In this document: positions 32,746-44,000 of the stretch, in pieces
Numbering within the stretch: position 1 is the first letter of the stretch
Layout of the letters: each line of letters opens with the position of its first letter
Assembly (NCBI GenBank): GCA_020184695.1
Contig: JAANOX010000085.1
Coordinates: forward strand, 1 to 64,000
Length of the DNA: 64,000 bases
Source of the DNA: Histomonas meleagridis 2922-C6/04-290x
Taxonomy: Eukaryota > Protista > Parabasalia
Reading direction: 5' to 3'
The notes under the pieces: generated by a model
What the model saw: the letters and a program-made list of their open reading frames with translations, nothing else
The model's database searches: none
What the model was told of the DNA's origin: nothing
Position numbers and translations under genes: made by a program

Positions 32746-33723
32746 TTATTTGAGGTATTTTGTGAAGAAATCGACCATCTTATCAAATGGAATTACGTCC
32801 ATATTGTCGTAAAGGTCAGTGTGAACAGCGTTTGGTATTATCAACAATTCCTTATTGTCGCCCTTCAACTTCTTAAATGCGTCCTTGCTGAAGTAGCATG
32901 AATGCGCCTTTTCGCCATGGATAACAAGTACAGCGCTTCTTATTTCGTCGCTGTATTGTAAGATTGGCATATTCAACAACGACAGTGGTGATGTTACATT
33001 CCATCCGTCATTCGAATTAAGGGATCTCTTGTGGTAACCACGCTTTGTCTTATAGTAGTCATGATAATCCTTGACAAAGAATGGCGCATTTTCTGGAAGT
33101 GGATCTACAACGCCGCCGCCTCTTGCATAGCTCTTGTTCCTATAGTCAACAGTCCTTTGTTCGCACATGCTCTTCCTCTTTTGGTAACGAGCTTCTTCAG
33201 TGTTTTCGCTATCGAAATATCCTTGCGCGGTTACACGTGTCATATCGTACATTGTTGATGAGACAGTGGCTTTGATACGCGTATCAATTGCGGCAGCATT
33301 AATGGCAAAGCCACCCCAGCCACAGATACCAATGATGCCGATCTTCTCTGGATCAACTTCATCAGATGTGGATAAATAATCAACAGCTGCTTGGTAATCT
33401 TCAGTGTTGATATCTGGAGAAGCAACATAACGTGGCATGCCTCCACTTTCACCTGTGAATGATGGATCAAACGCAATTGTTAAAAAGCCGCGTTCGGCCA
33501 TGGTTTGGGCATAAAGTCCAGATGCTTGTTCCTTAACAGCACCAAAGGGACCACAAACAGCAATTGCTGGAAGTTTACCTTCGGCATTAATTGGTTTGTA
33601 TAAATCAGCTGCTAATGTGATGCCATAACGATTGCAGAATGTGATCTTACGATGAGATACCTTGTCGCTTTTTGGAAATGTTTTGTCCCATTCGGTTTCG
33701 AGCTTAAGATTTTCCATATTCAT
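32746..33723 (-). CDS. Bacterial-type alpha/beta hydrolase (YcjY/dienelactone-hydrolase-like), probable lateral transfer
   Basis: NRYGITLAADLYKP, GPFGAVKEQASGLYAQ, AFDPSFTGESGG, GICGWGG nucleophile elbow (Cys), VIHGEKAHS, HTDLYD. GC visibly higher than flanks. Confidence 0.9.
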   Translation of the reverse strand: MNMENLKLETEWDKTFPKSDKVSHRKITFCNRYGITLAADLYKPINAEGKLPAIAVCGPFGAVKEQASGLYAQTMAERGFLTIAFDPSFTGESGGMPRYVASPDINTEDYQAAVDYLSTSDEVDPEKIGIIGICGWGGFAINAAAIDTRIKATVSSTMYDMTRVTAQGYFDSENTEEARYQKRKSMCEQRTVDYRNKSYARGGGVVDPLPENAPFFVKDYHDYYKTKRGYHKRSLNSNDGWNVTSPLSLLNMPILQYSDEIRSAVLVIHGEKAHSCYFSKDAFKKLKGDNKELLIIPNAVHTDLYDNMDVIPFDKMVDFFTKYLK

Positions 33724-34078
33724 GGTGCTGGAAAAATAATGAGGTGATAAATTTCAGAGTACTCAAAACTTCAGTTACGATAAATTTTCTGAGTGTTAGA
33801 CCAATTTATAAACTACTCAATTCGTAGACCGTTTGCAGTGGTTTTTGTATGGTTCCCAAAAGAAAAAAATTAATTTAGTCTTATGCTATGTTCTGTTAAC
33901 TGTATTGGTAATACTATAAACTTATGATAATCATTTCATACTTAGTTTTCAAAAAAAAAAAAACACAAGTCGGAAAAAATTGTTTATCAATTTGGTTTAT
34001 AAGCAGCCACTAAATCCTTTAGAGCAACACATCAAATAAAAAACAAAACATTATTAATATAACATTTACATTTTCTAT

Positions 34079-35701
34079 TTATTCTTCTCCATCATTTTTC
34101 TTATGATGTCTTCTCCTTCTATGTCTATGCAAAGTTCCAATGTTTGCCTCTATTTCCATTTCAGCGTTTTCCACTTCGGGTGCAGTAATATCTGTTACAG
34201 TCGGCGGAACAGGTTCCACATCAGGTATATTCTCATCCTCAATTATATCATTCATTGCCTCTTTTCTTTTCATTATTTCTTCTGTGTCACGTTCCCATTG
34301 TTGTCTTCGTGTTATGAACTGATCCATTCGAAAGTTGCGCCATATATAACGCGCTCCGTTTTTGACGCTTTCATTTTTTAAGTTTTCGCATATCTGCGCT
34401 TTAGCTTTGATGTCGCAGACGTCGTACATAGCTTCGATTACGAATGCTCCATTACGATCTAACGCAAGTTCTTGTGACTTAGGAATTAGACGTCGGATGA
34501 TTTTCATCTTGGACTTTATGTCAATGTTCGACTTGATGAATTCGGATACGAAGTACGAACATGACTTGTCAAGTGAAAGTTCGAATATGCGATCTCCGCC
34601 AAGTTGCTTAGCTGCCTCGACAAGTGGTTTATTACTACTTGGATCAAAGTTACATATGCTTTGAAGCATTTTCGAGCCATTTGGCGGAGATATAGAATTC
34701 ATATATTCTATCAAATTATCATTGCCACTTTCATTAACAAAATATGATACAAATCGGGTCTGATAGTTGGGATCAGAGTAGATAAGTCCTTTGGAAAGGG
34801 AAACAGCAACTTGGGGTCGAACTGAAATGATCTTAGGAAGTGAAGGAATAAGTTGTTTGACAACAAGTGATAGTTCTTCCCGGTTACGCTCACACTCGAG
34901 CCATCGCTGAAGAACATAGTTGGCGATGGGATGTGAAAAAGCTGAAATTGCTTCTTTACGAAGACATTTCTCAAGAAGTACAGTGGCAGCTGGTGCACCA
35001 ACATTCTGAAGGAGTGATTCAATGAGCTTAGAACCAGATTTATCACAGATATCTTCATAGGTGCATGGAACAGATGATAATAAATATTTGATAAGTTTGG
35101 AATAATATTGTTGATTGAGTGAAGCAATCGCTTGGAGTGTGGCGCTGAATTGTGTGGACTTAACTCGAGTTGGATCATTGACAATTGCTTGAATAATTTT
35201 TCTGGAAAATTTATCAATCTTTTGATTCATAGAAGCATGAACAGAGAGTTCTTTGAGAATTGTACGAGCAACATGAGAACCTGCATAATCATCAGCTAGA
35301 TCAGCTGCATTCGGTGTAAGTTCTGTAACTAAGCTTGATAACAATTCAGAAAATTTTGGTGGAGGAACATCAGAATCAATGAATTGGAAGCTTTGTATGA
35401 TTATTTGTTCAACAACATGAGAAGAGAATTTATCATATGAAAGATCTTCAAAATGACCTGAAAAAGCCCTGAACAAACGCTGAAGAGATAAAATAGGACA
35501 ATTCTTTATGTAACTTTCCATAAATCTCGAACAAGCTTTGTGTTGAGCAACTAATATTTCTTTTCCACGAAGAGCTTGATCAAGAGGTTCAAAAAAATCA
35601 TTAACATCTTCTGAATCTTTAATTGAACTAAATGCATCCATTGCTCTCTCGAAATAGTCTACATCCTCTTTAGACAAGTGGCGCTCTTTTTGATTTTTCA
35701 T
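34079..35701 (-). CDS. NOP9: Nucleolar protein 9 (Pumilio-like repeats)
   Basis: ACSRFME, DKFSSHVVE, DDYAGSHVAR, DKSGSKLIE, HPIANYVLQ, DRNGAFVIE PUF-like repeats. First ATG at 35701. Confidence 0.8.
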   Translation of the reverse strand: MKNQKERHLSKEDVDYFERAMDAFSSIKDSEDVNDFFEPLDQALRGKEILVAQHKACSRFMESYIKNCPILSLQRLFRAFSGHFEDLSYDKFSSHVVEQIIIQSFQFIDSDVPPPKFSELLSSLVTELTPNAADLADDYAGSHVARTILKELSVHASMNQKIDKFSRKIIQAIVNDPTRVKSTQFSATLQAIASLNQQYYSKLIKYLLSSVPCTYEDICDKSGSKLIESLLQNVGAPAATVLLEKCLRKEAISAFSHPIANYVLQRWLECERNREELSLVVKQLIPSLPKIISVRPQVAVSLSKGLIYSDPNYQTRFVSYFVNESGNDNLIEYMNSISPPNGSKMLQSICNFDPSSNKPLVEAAKQLGGDRIFELSLDKSCSYFVSEFIKSNIDIKSKMKIIRRLIPKSQELALDRNGAFVIEAMYDVCDIKAKAQICENLKNESVKNGARYIWRNFRMDQFITRRQQWERDTEEIMKRKEAMNDIIEDENIPDVEPVPPTVTDITAPEVENAEMEIEANIGTLHRHRRRRHHKKNDGEE

Positions 35702-36493
35702 TTTGAATTCGACCGCAAACAAACTCAGTCAAATTCATGGAAAAACATTTTTTTAACTTCATCATTGTTATGAAAGAACGAATCTGGATAAATGCTATCA
35801 AAACAACTGGTAAACTTCATTTGCCATATATAAAATACATTTTTTAAAAATAATTTTCAGATATAATTTCCATCTTATAAGATTTAACATAAAGTTTTAT
35901 TGACAAAACCAACGCCCTTTTGAATAAGTATTCATGTAAAGGATCATCAACAAATTAATCGATCTTCCATAATATATTATGGAATTAAAATTTTAATATT
36001 GTGTTTATTGATTGCTTGATGTTTCCAAATCCATGGTGTGATTTTATTTTAGAGTAAATATTTATATTAATTTCGGGATTTCATGTTTCAAAATTTCCAC
36101 AAATTCCCCACATTAAAAGAGGTTGATTGCGGTTTATTTACGATTGCAATACTTTATGTTTTGTCCCAAACGATACCACCGAAAATCTCCGAATGACTTT
36201 TTGAATGTCTGATGGTATGTCACGGCCGATATTCTGCTTTTTGAGTACAAAAATGCTGTTTACACGGTTTTTTCTGAAAGATTTTTTGTATTAAATATTA
36301 AAATATCTTAATATATAAATCCTTTTGTTTAATACTTACAAGAATAAATTATTACCATAATAATTTTAAATAAGTTTAATAATTATAATATTATAATATT
36401 TGTAATTAGCAAGATAAATTTGTTTGAAATCGGTTATAACGTCGCCTTGGTACTGTAGGCCTTTCAAAATTTGAGAGCCCACAGCTCATTTTT

Positions 36494-37537
36494 ATGATTC
36501 TATCTTCAGCTACATTAGGAAACTTTGAGATCTACTCAACAATAGAGTGCACAGACACTAATACAATACTCGCAGTAAGAGACAACAAGGGAAATTCATA
36601 TGCTGCAAGGTGTACACCAACTGATTTTAAAGTTAGAACATTCAATTTCGAGGTTAAGTTGTTAATGGGTCTTAGAGGCAAGTCTAAGTACATACCAAAG
36701 ATGATCGCTTCTGGTTCTAATGATGAATGCAACTATCTTGTCATGAAACTTTTTGGACCTTCATTATCTTTCATCTCTAATGAACTTGGCCTTGGTAAAT
36801 TTGGTACATCAACAGCACTTAGAGTTAGCTATCACATCCTTCAAGCTCTTCAACAACTTCACAAATTAGGTGTTATTCATAGAGATATCAAGCCATCCAA
36901 CATTGTAACCACAAAAGATCACACCAATCCAATCAAGATCATTAACTATGGCCTTTCAAGATACTATCTTAATAAAGATGGTTCACTTGTTCCAGAAAGA
37001 GCTAATCCAGGCTTCCGAGGAACAGCTAAGTATGCATCTGTTAATGCCCTTCAAGGAAAAGATTTATCCAGAAAGGATGACTTAGAGTCATGGTTCTATG
37101 TTTTGACAGAATTATTATTTGGCAGTCTTCCATGGGGCGACCTCAAACGTAGCAAAGAAATCCTCGACATGAAGTGCAATGTTAACTTCAATGATCTTTA
37201 TTCCAATACTTTCCCAGAACTTCTTGAAATCTGGAGAATGATTCAATCAATGGACTTTTCTTCCAAGCCAAACTATGACAGGATGGAAAAGATACTCAAA
37301 ACAGTCATGTCCAACAACAGTGTTAATTGGAATGACTTATATGATTGGGAAGCATTTGGATTAAGACTTGGTGCGCCATTTACAACAACAGAAAAGGAGC
37401 CTGCTCAGTTATCGACATTAACAGTTCCACAACATAACTCATTCTTGAACAAGTTCCAGTTCATTAAGCTACTATGGAATGATAAACCTAACAAAGGCTA
37501 TGCACACGTTGATGAAACTAACGTTCAACTTTTGTAA
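36494..37537 (+). CDS. CK1/TTBK-family protein kinase, probably catalytically impaired
   Basis: LVMKLFGPSL, IHRDIKPSN, GFRGTAKYAS, SRKDDLESWFY, LPW. DFG is replaced by NYG, the beta3 Lys by Arg (YAARC), and the Gly-rich loop is absent. Confidence 0.88.
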   Translation: MILSSATLGNFEIYSTIECTDTNTILAVRDNKGNSYAARCTPTDFKVRTFNFEVKLLMGLRGKSKYIPKMIASGSNDECNYLVMKLFGPSLSFISNELGLGKFGTSTALRVSYHILQALQQLHKLGVIHRDIKPSNIVTTKDHTNPIKIINYGLSRYYLNKDGSLVPERANPGFRGTAKYASVNALQGKDLSRKDDLESWFYVLTELLFGSLPWGDLKRSKEILDMKCNVNFNDLYSNTFPELLEIWRMIQSMDFSSKPNYDRMEKILKTVMSNNSVNWNDLYDWEAFGLRLGAPFTTTEKEPAQLSTLTVPQHNSFLNKFQFIKLLWNDKPNKGYAHVDETNVQLL

Positions 37538-37610
37538 ACAATATAAATTTTGTAAATCTTTGTTTTTACAAAAAGTCGTTTTTTGAATAGTTTACACAGT
37601 ACATTAGACT

Positions 37611-40043
37611 TTGAATTACATCCCTTCCGTTTCTTTAGGGAAAATCGAAAAATCGACAATTGGAAAGAGATATCTTGCATTCACAATTGGAGGATTAGTT
37701 TATTTGTATAAATATAATTTACCGGTACTTGAATTTATCTCATCATTTACAATCGAAAGCTCATGCGATTTCTTAACGATAAATGAAAGCCCTTTCACTA
37801 ATAGAATCCATGTTTCAATAATTGCGAATCAAATGTTATATTTTTATGATGCACAAACTTATGACATTTTTGTATTTTTTTTTTCTGCAAAATTTGTTTA
37901 CTTTGATAATTGCTTCCCATGCTCTATCTTTTTGATTTCAATTGATGATCAACTTATTCATTACAAAGTTTCACTAGATAAAAAATCACCATGTTATAAA
38001 GTTGATTGGAAACTTGATTTTCCTCAAACTTTCAAAATCAAAAAGTTTGTATTAAGTCCATCGAACAATAACATCGCTCTTATATTATCAAAGAAAGGTG
38101 ATGTATGCAAACTCATTCGTGAAGATAAAGATAAACCAATGCAAATTGTTGAAGGTTTTCTTCAATTACTTGAACTTAATCCAATAATAGATATATTTCC
38201 AACATCTTCTCTCGATATGTTTATTGCTTTATCATCAAATCAAATATATTTTTTAAACATTTACATAGATTCTGTTATTCAAGTTGTTGAGATTTCATCA
38301 AACATATTTTTTACAAAAGTTTTTTCAAGTTCTGATGTTTCACCATATGTATTTACTCAAAAAAGTGACGATTCTCTATCACTTTTTCAATTGACAGACG
38401 ACGGTTTTGACGCATCAAATTCAATTTTTCTCGGCGAAAGTAAACTTAATTCATTATACCCACATGATAATGGTGTTTATATTATAGCAGATGACTTTGA
38501 GTTATTAGATTTAAGTGTTCAAAACAAACGATTAGTAATATCGAGTGAAATTAAATTTCCTTTATTAACTAATGATATGAAATTTACATCAGATTTTGAT
38601 CAAGTTTCATATGTATTACCTAACAATGATATATGTATTATCAATGACAAACATATTACCGAAATAATTCCGAATTTTTTAGATGATCCGATTGAAGACA
38701 TATTTTTCTTCACCAAAAACATTTTGATTATATATTCGAACAAAACATTATACAAAAACAAAACGAAATTATTTGATGAAACAGATATTATAAATTATAA
38801 ATATATTCGAAATGATTTAATTATTGCGTTTACAAATGAAAAACTTTTATTATATTCACATGAAACAGAAACAATTTCATTTTTTTATTTCCCTAAAATT
38901 ATTGATGTTGCAATTAGTCGAAACAATAAAACCAATTCAATTATCATATGTTTAATAATAGAACAAAACGGAATTATATTTTTAAATGAACAATTTCATG
39001 AGATTGATATTACATTCAATAAATCACAATCGAACACGTATCAAAAGTTATTATTTGAGTATCCGATTCTTTATTGCATTAACAACAACATAATTTATTC
39101 ATTTAACATTGAAGAAAGACAACAAATTAATAACATTCGATTTAATTATAATTCGATTTATCTATATAACAAAGAAATATATTATACGTTACGAAATTCG
39201 ATTTATAAAATGAATGATAAACTTCAAAAGAAAGAAATTATTGAAACCTCAAATTCAAATTTAATAATAACATTTGTAAATGATATTTATATACAATATA
39301 TAATACCAGAAAACGGAATATTTATATATTATTATGAGAAAACTATTAAACAACATAAAGAAAATGAAACTTTAGAAATAATTCCATTGTATTTCCAAAA
39401 TAATAAAATAGAAACACTTCGAAATTATATTAAAAAATTAATATTAACATCGAAGAATAAAGTTAATGATATTGAAACATTGTTATGTTTGTTTAACTAT
39501 GAAATACCATTTCGAGATCCAAATAAATTTAAAGATACAAAACAAATATATCAAAATTTGGTATTTACATTTCCAAATGATTTGTTAATGAATGATGAAA
39601 ATTATTTCGTGATAAAAGAATATGTAAAACAATTTATGAATTTAAAAATGTATTTATATGCTGCAACATTATTAAACAAAATTAATTCTAAAGAAAAATG
39701 CGCAAAAGTTTTAATGAAAAATAATTTCGTGGAAATCGGTTACATATATTGCGTTATTAATAATATAAATTTGTTCGAGTTGAATATTTTTAAATGTGTA
39801 ATAGAGTCGTTGTTGAAAATTGGAAAAATTTTCGAAACTGTGAATTTGTTGTTAAGGAATAAATGTTATAGAATCGCATTGTCGTTGTTATTTGATGCGA
39901 ATTGTTTGGATGTTTTAAGGAAAATAATTTCCGATTTTGATTTGTTTAATTATGTAGAAAGTGAATATGAAATGAAATTAATTGATAAATTAAATATGGA
40001 TGTGAAATCATTGGACGTTTTGCTGAAATCTATAACGGACTAA
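37611..40043 (+). CDS. Hypothetical beta-propeller plus alpha-solenoid protein; start uncertain
   Basis: 810-codon ORF with beta-strand-like N-terminal two-thirds and helical C-terminus. It begins TTG shortly after an in-frame TAG; first ATG at codon 75. Confidence 0.7.
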   Translation: MNYIPSVSLGKIEKSTIGKRYLAFTIGGLVYLYKYNLPVLEFISSFTIESSCDFLTINESPFTNRIHVSIIANQMLYFYDAQTYDIFVFFFSAKFVYFDNCFPCSIFLISIDDQLIHYKVSLDKKSPCYKVDWKLDFPQTFKIKKFVLSPSNNNIALILSKKGDVCKLIREDKDKPMQIVEGFLQLLELNPIIDIFPTSSLDMFIALSSNQIYFLNIYIDSVIQVVEISSNIFFTKVFSSSDVSPYVFTQKSDDSLSLFQLTDDGFDASNSIFLGESKLNSLYPHDNGVYIIADDFELLDLSVQNKRLVISSEIKFPLLTNDMKFTSDFDQVSYVLPNNDICIINDKHITEIIPNFLDDPIEDIFFFTKNILIIYSNKTLYKNKTKLFDETDIINYKYIRNDLIIAFTNEKLLLYSHETETISFFYFPKIIDVAISRNNKTNSIIICLIIEQNGIIFLNEQFHEIDITFNKSQSNTYQKLLFEYPILYCINNNIIYSFNIEERQQINNIRFNYNSIYLYNKEIYYTLRNSIYKMNDKLQKKEIIETSNSNLIITFVNDIYIQYIIPENGIFIYYYEKTIKQHKENETLEIIPLYFQNNKIETLRNYIKKLILTSKNKVNDIETLLCLFNYEIPFRDPNKFKDTKQIYQNLVFTFPNDLLMNDENYFVIKEYVKQFMNLKMYLYAATLLNKINSKEKCAKVLMKNNFVEIGYIYCVINNINLFELNIFKCVIESLLKIGKIFETVNLLLRNKCYRIALSLLFDANCLDVLRKIISDFDLFNYVESEYEMKLIDKLNMDVKSLDVLLKSITD

Positions 40044-40703
40044 TTGTTTTTAAAGAAAAATGAATAAAATTTTGTAATATAAATTAAATTTTTTTTCTTG
40101 AATATAAATTAATGAAAAGAGAAAATGTATAATTCACAATAATTTCTTTTTTTAAATCTTGACATTTATATTTAGATCATCGCCAAAACTGCTGCTTAAA
40201 GTCTTTGGTTTTTTTCTTCTTTCTTTGTCCAAGCACAATATTTTCTTCCATATTGAACCATTTCTTGTCTTCCTCATATATAAATCATGGTTTCTTGCTT
40301 TCATCCTTAGTACACCAAAAAATACATATTTAGTTTTTAACTAAAAACGCATTATTTAAGTCAAGATTAAAAAAAAAAATTCCTTTTTTTCTTCTTTATT
40401 TTCAAATCTGATTATTACCGATGATTTGGTTGAAATGATATCAAAGTTTTATTGAGATTCTGAAGAAGTTTTGAGAAAAAGTTGTTACAAACATACAACT
40501 AAACATTTAAAATACAAAAACTATCAGAAGATACATACTAAAAAATTAAACAAAGTAGACAAAAATGCAAAAAAATGATTAAGTGAATCAAAGATGTTTG
40601 AAAGAGAGAGATAAAATGGGGGTGGTAATGATTAATTGAGATATGAAATTATATGAGTATGTTAATAGCATAAATGTGATGGATAAAATGATTAAATTTC
40701 AAA

Positions 40704-40920
40704 TTGTCCATTGTTGAGCTTCAATAAGTCATAAGATATAATTGAAAAAATCATAGTGTACACCATAAAATATCACATCATTTTTTGTGCACATATTTTT
40801 CTTCTTCAACCAATTAATGAAATCCATCCAAATACAATTCCGAGTTTATTCAAAATTTTGTTTTCTGTGATTTTGTTTTTATGTAATTTGTTGGACGAAT
40901 TGAAGCTCAACAATGGACAA
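40704..40920. repeat. Perfect 22-bp inverted repeat pair (40704-40725 / 40899-40920)
   Basis: TTGTCCATTGTTGAGCTTCAAT and its reverse complement ATTGAAGCTCAACAATGGACAA, 173 nt apart. Confidence 0.85.
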
Positions 40921-41052
40921 ATTAAAAATTTATATTGAACAGTTTGAATTTTCGATTTACTGCTTTTATAATTGGTTGGACAAATTGAAAATCTCAGGTG
41001 TACCTAAAATTGACAAGGTTTGTTTGTGTCACGATTTCCAAAAAACCCTCAC

Positions 41053-44000
41053 ATGATACCTGAGAATAACCCCCTTAAACCCAATATCCCAACATCTATA
41101 ACAAATTACTCAACAAAAGAAACAGAAAGTCCTGTTAACTTTCTTAATATACTGGAACAAATTGTATTTAATTTAACAAAAAGCAATCTTGAATCCTCAG
41201 TCCTGCAAACAATGGAATTATTTGATTCAAGCTTTCCATATTCATTTAATTTTGTTTTGAGTAATTTGATTTTTATTGCATTTAATTCACATAAGAATAA
41301 AAATAGTGATATATATATAAATTATTTGAAATTACTTCAAAGTAAAGAAGAAGAAATAAATAAAAATGATTCAAATATCATTTGCGTATTTACTGATTTC
41401 TTGTTATACGATTTGATAGAGGAAAAATATTACCTTATTGAGAGAATGATTGAAGAAAATTTCATTGATTCAAGTGTTGCTCATGAAATTCCTTCAATAT
41501 ATTTTGCCCAATACAAAACAGAAAAAGAATACACGAATCTTCTTCGTTTTCAATTTAAATTAGGAATAAATGATTTCGAGAGTTATGAAGAATTATCAAA
41601 GAATGATTTTGAACTTCATAAGAAATTAATTAAAGAAGGACATAATCCGAATGAAATTACAAAAATAATCCGAAATGATGAAATAGAAAAACTTCAAGAA
41701 ATCTCATCACAAAAAGACTTTGATTATAATCAAACAATAAAACCATCACTTTATGAAAGATATTCAATTATTAATCATAAAAATGTTTCTTTAATTGATT
41801 ATGCAGCATTCTTTGGATCAGTAAAATGCTTTAAATATTTACTTATGAATGGTGCAAAAGTAGAAAACACAGGTAAATATGCAATTGCAGGTGGAAATGA
41901 AGAAATTATTCATTTATGTGAACAAAATCATTCATCATTTGAATATGCATATGAAACAGCAATTGAATTTCATCGAAATGATATCTTTAAATATTTATAT
42001 GAAAATAAATTAGAACAATTTGATAATAATAAATTAGGGAAATTATGTATAGAATATGGTAATTATGAAATTTTTGCGTTTTTGCTTGAAAAAGGTCTGA
42101 AAATCAATGAATCTTTAATTGGGAAATCAGCAAAAATAGGAAATTTATATCTAGTAAAATATTTCATACAAAATTATTACCTTCCAAAAAATATTTTAAT
42201 TAAATCTTCTCGAACAAGAAATATTGAATTTGTTAAATTTATTCTAGGACAAAAAGGAATTGATATTAATGCTAAAAATCTTTATTTATTTTATGTGAAT
42301 ATTTTTTAATTAATTTAATGTTTTTAAAGACTTTTTGGAAATTATTCAAATTATTTTTTACAGCACTTTTAAAGGTATCTGAATATGCCAACATTTATGT
42401 TGTTAAATTACTTCTTGAACATGAAGGAATTGATATTAATGCTGAGGATATTTATTTGTTTTATTTGATGTTTATTTTAATAATTTGATATTTCAAAATA
42501 ATATTTGGAATTTATTTAAAATACTTGACACAGCACTTATTTTAGCATCCAATGAAGGTAGTATCGAAATAGTTAAATTACTTCTTAAGCAAGAAGGAAT
42601 TGATATTAATGCTAAAAATATATAAATGTTTTACTTGATATTTATTTTAAAGGTTTGATGATTTAAAATTATATTTGGAAATTATTTAGATTATTTAAAA
42701 CAGCACTCATGTATGCATGTAAAAATGGTTATAGTAATGTAGTTAAATTACTTCTTGAACAAAAAGGAATTGATTTTAATGCTGAGGATATTTATTTGTT
42801 TTATTTGATATAAATTATAATAATTTAAAATTTTGAAATAATATTTGGAAAGAATTTAAATTATATAATACAGCACTTATTTTAGCATCCGATGAAGGTA
42901 ATATCGAAATAGTTAAATTACTTCTTAAGCAAGAAGGAATTGATATTAATGCTAAAAATATATAAATGTTTTACTTGATATTTATTTTAAAGGTTTGATG
43001 ATTTAAAATTATATTTGGAAATAATTTCAAATATTTCATACAGGACTTACCTTAGCAGCTGATCTAGATTATATGGAAATAGTCAAATTACTTCTTGAAC
43101 AAAAAGGAATTGATATTAATGCTAAAGATATTTATTTTAATAATTTCAGATATCAAAATAATATTAGGAAATTATATAAAATATTTTTGACAGCACTTAT
43201 GTGGGCATCTTCAAAAGGTAATACAGAAATAGTTAAATTACTTCTTGAGCAAGAAGGAATTGATATTAATGCTAAAAGTATTTAATTGTTATGTTTGATA
43301 TAAATTTTAATAAATTGGTATTTCACAAGAATATTTGGAAATTATTTAAATTATTTTTTACAGCACTTATTATATCATCTTTAAGTGGTTATACAGATAT
43401 TGTTAAATTACTTCTTGAGCAAGAAGGTATTGATATTAATGCTAAAAGTATTTATTTGTTTTATTTGATATAAATTATAATAATTTAAAATTTTGAAATA
43501 ATATTTGGAAATTACTTAAATTATTTAATACAGCACTTATTAAAGCATCTTCAAATGGTCATACAGAAATAGTTAAATTACTTCTTGAACAAAAAGGAAT
43601 TGATGTTAATGCTAAAGATATTTATTTGTTTTATTTGATATTTATTTATATAATTTAGAATTTTAAAAAAAAAATTTGGAAATTATTTATATTATTTGAT
43701 ACAGCACTTATACATGCATCTTCAGAAGGTCATACAGAAATAGTTAAATTACTTCTTGAACAAGAAGGAATTGATATTAATGCTAAAGATATTTATTTGT
43801 TTTATTTGATATTTGTTTTAATAATTCCAAATTTCATAATAATATTTGGAAATTATTTATATTATTTTTCACAGCATTTTCACATGCAGCAATAAAAAAT
43901 TATTTACAAGTAGTTAAATTACTTCTTGAACAAAAAGGAATTGATATAAATACAAAAAATATATAATTAAGAAATTTAATGTTTATTTTAATCATTTTTA

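Noticed and set aside
40150-40660. Short ORF-like remnants, possible mobile-element debris
   Set aside because: No transposase, integrase or RT motif recognisable.
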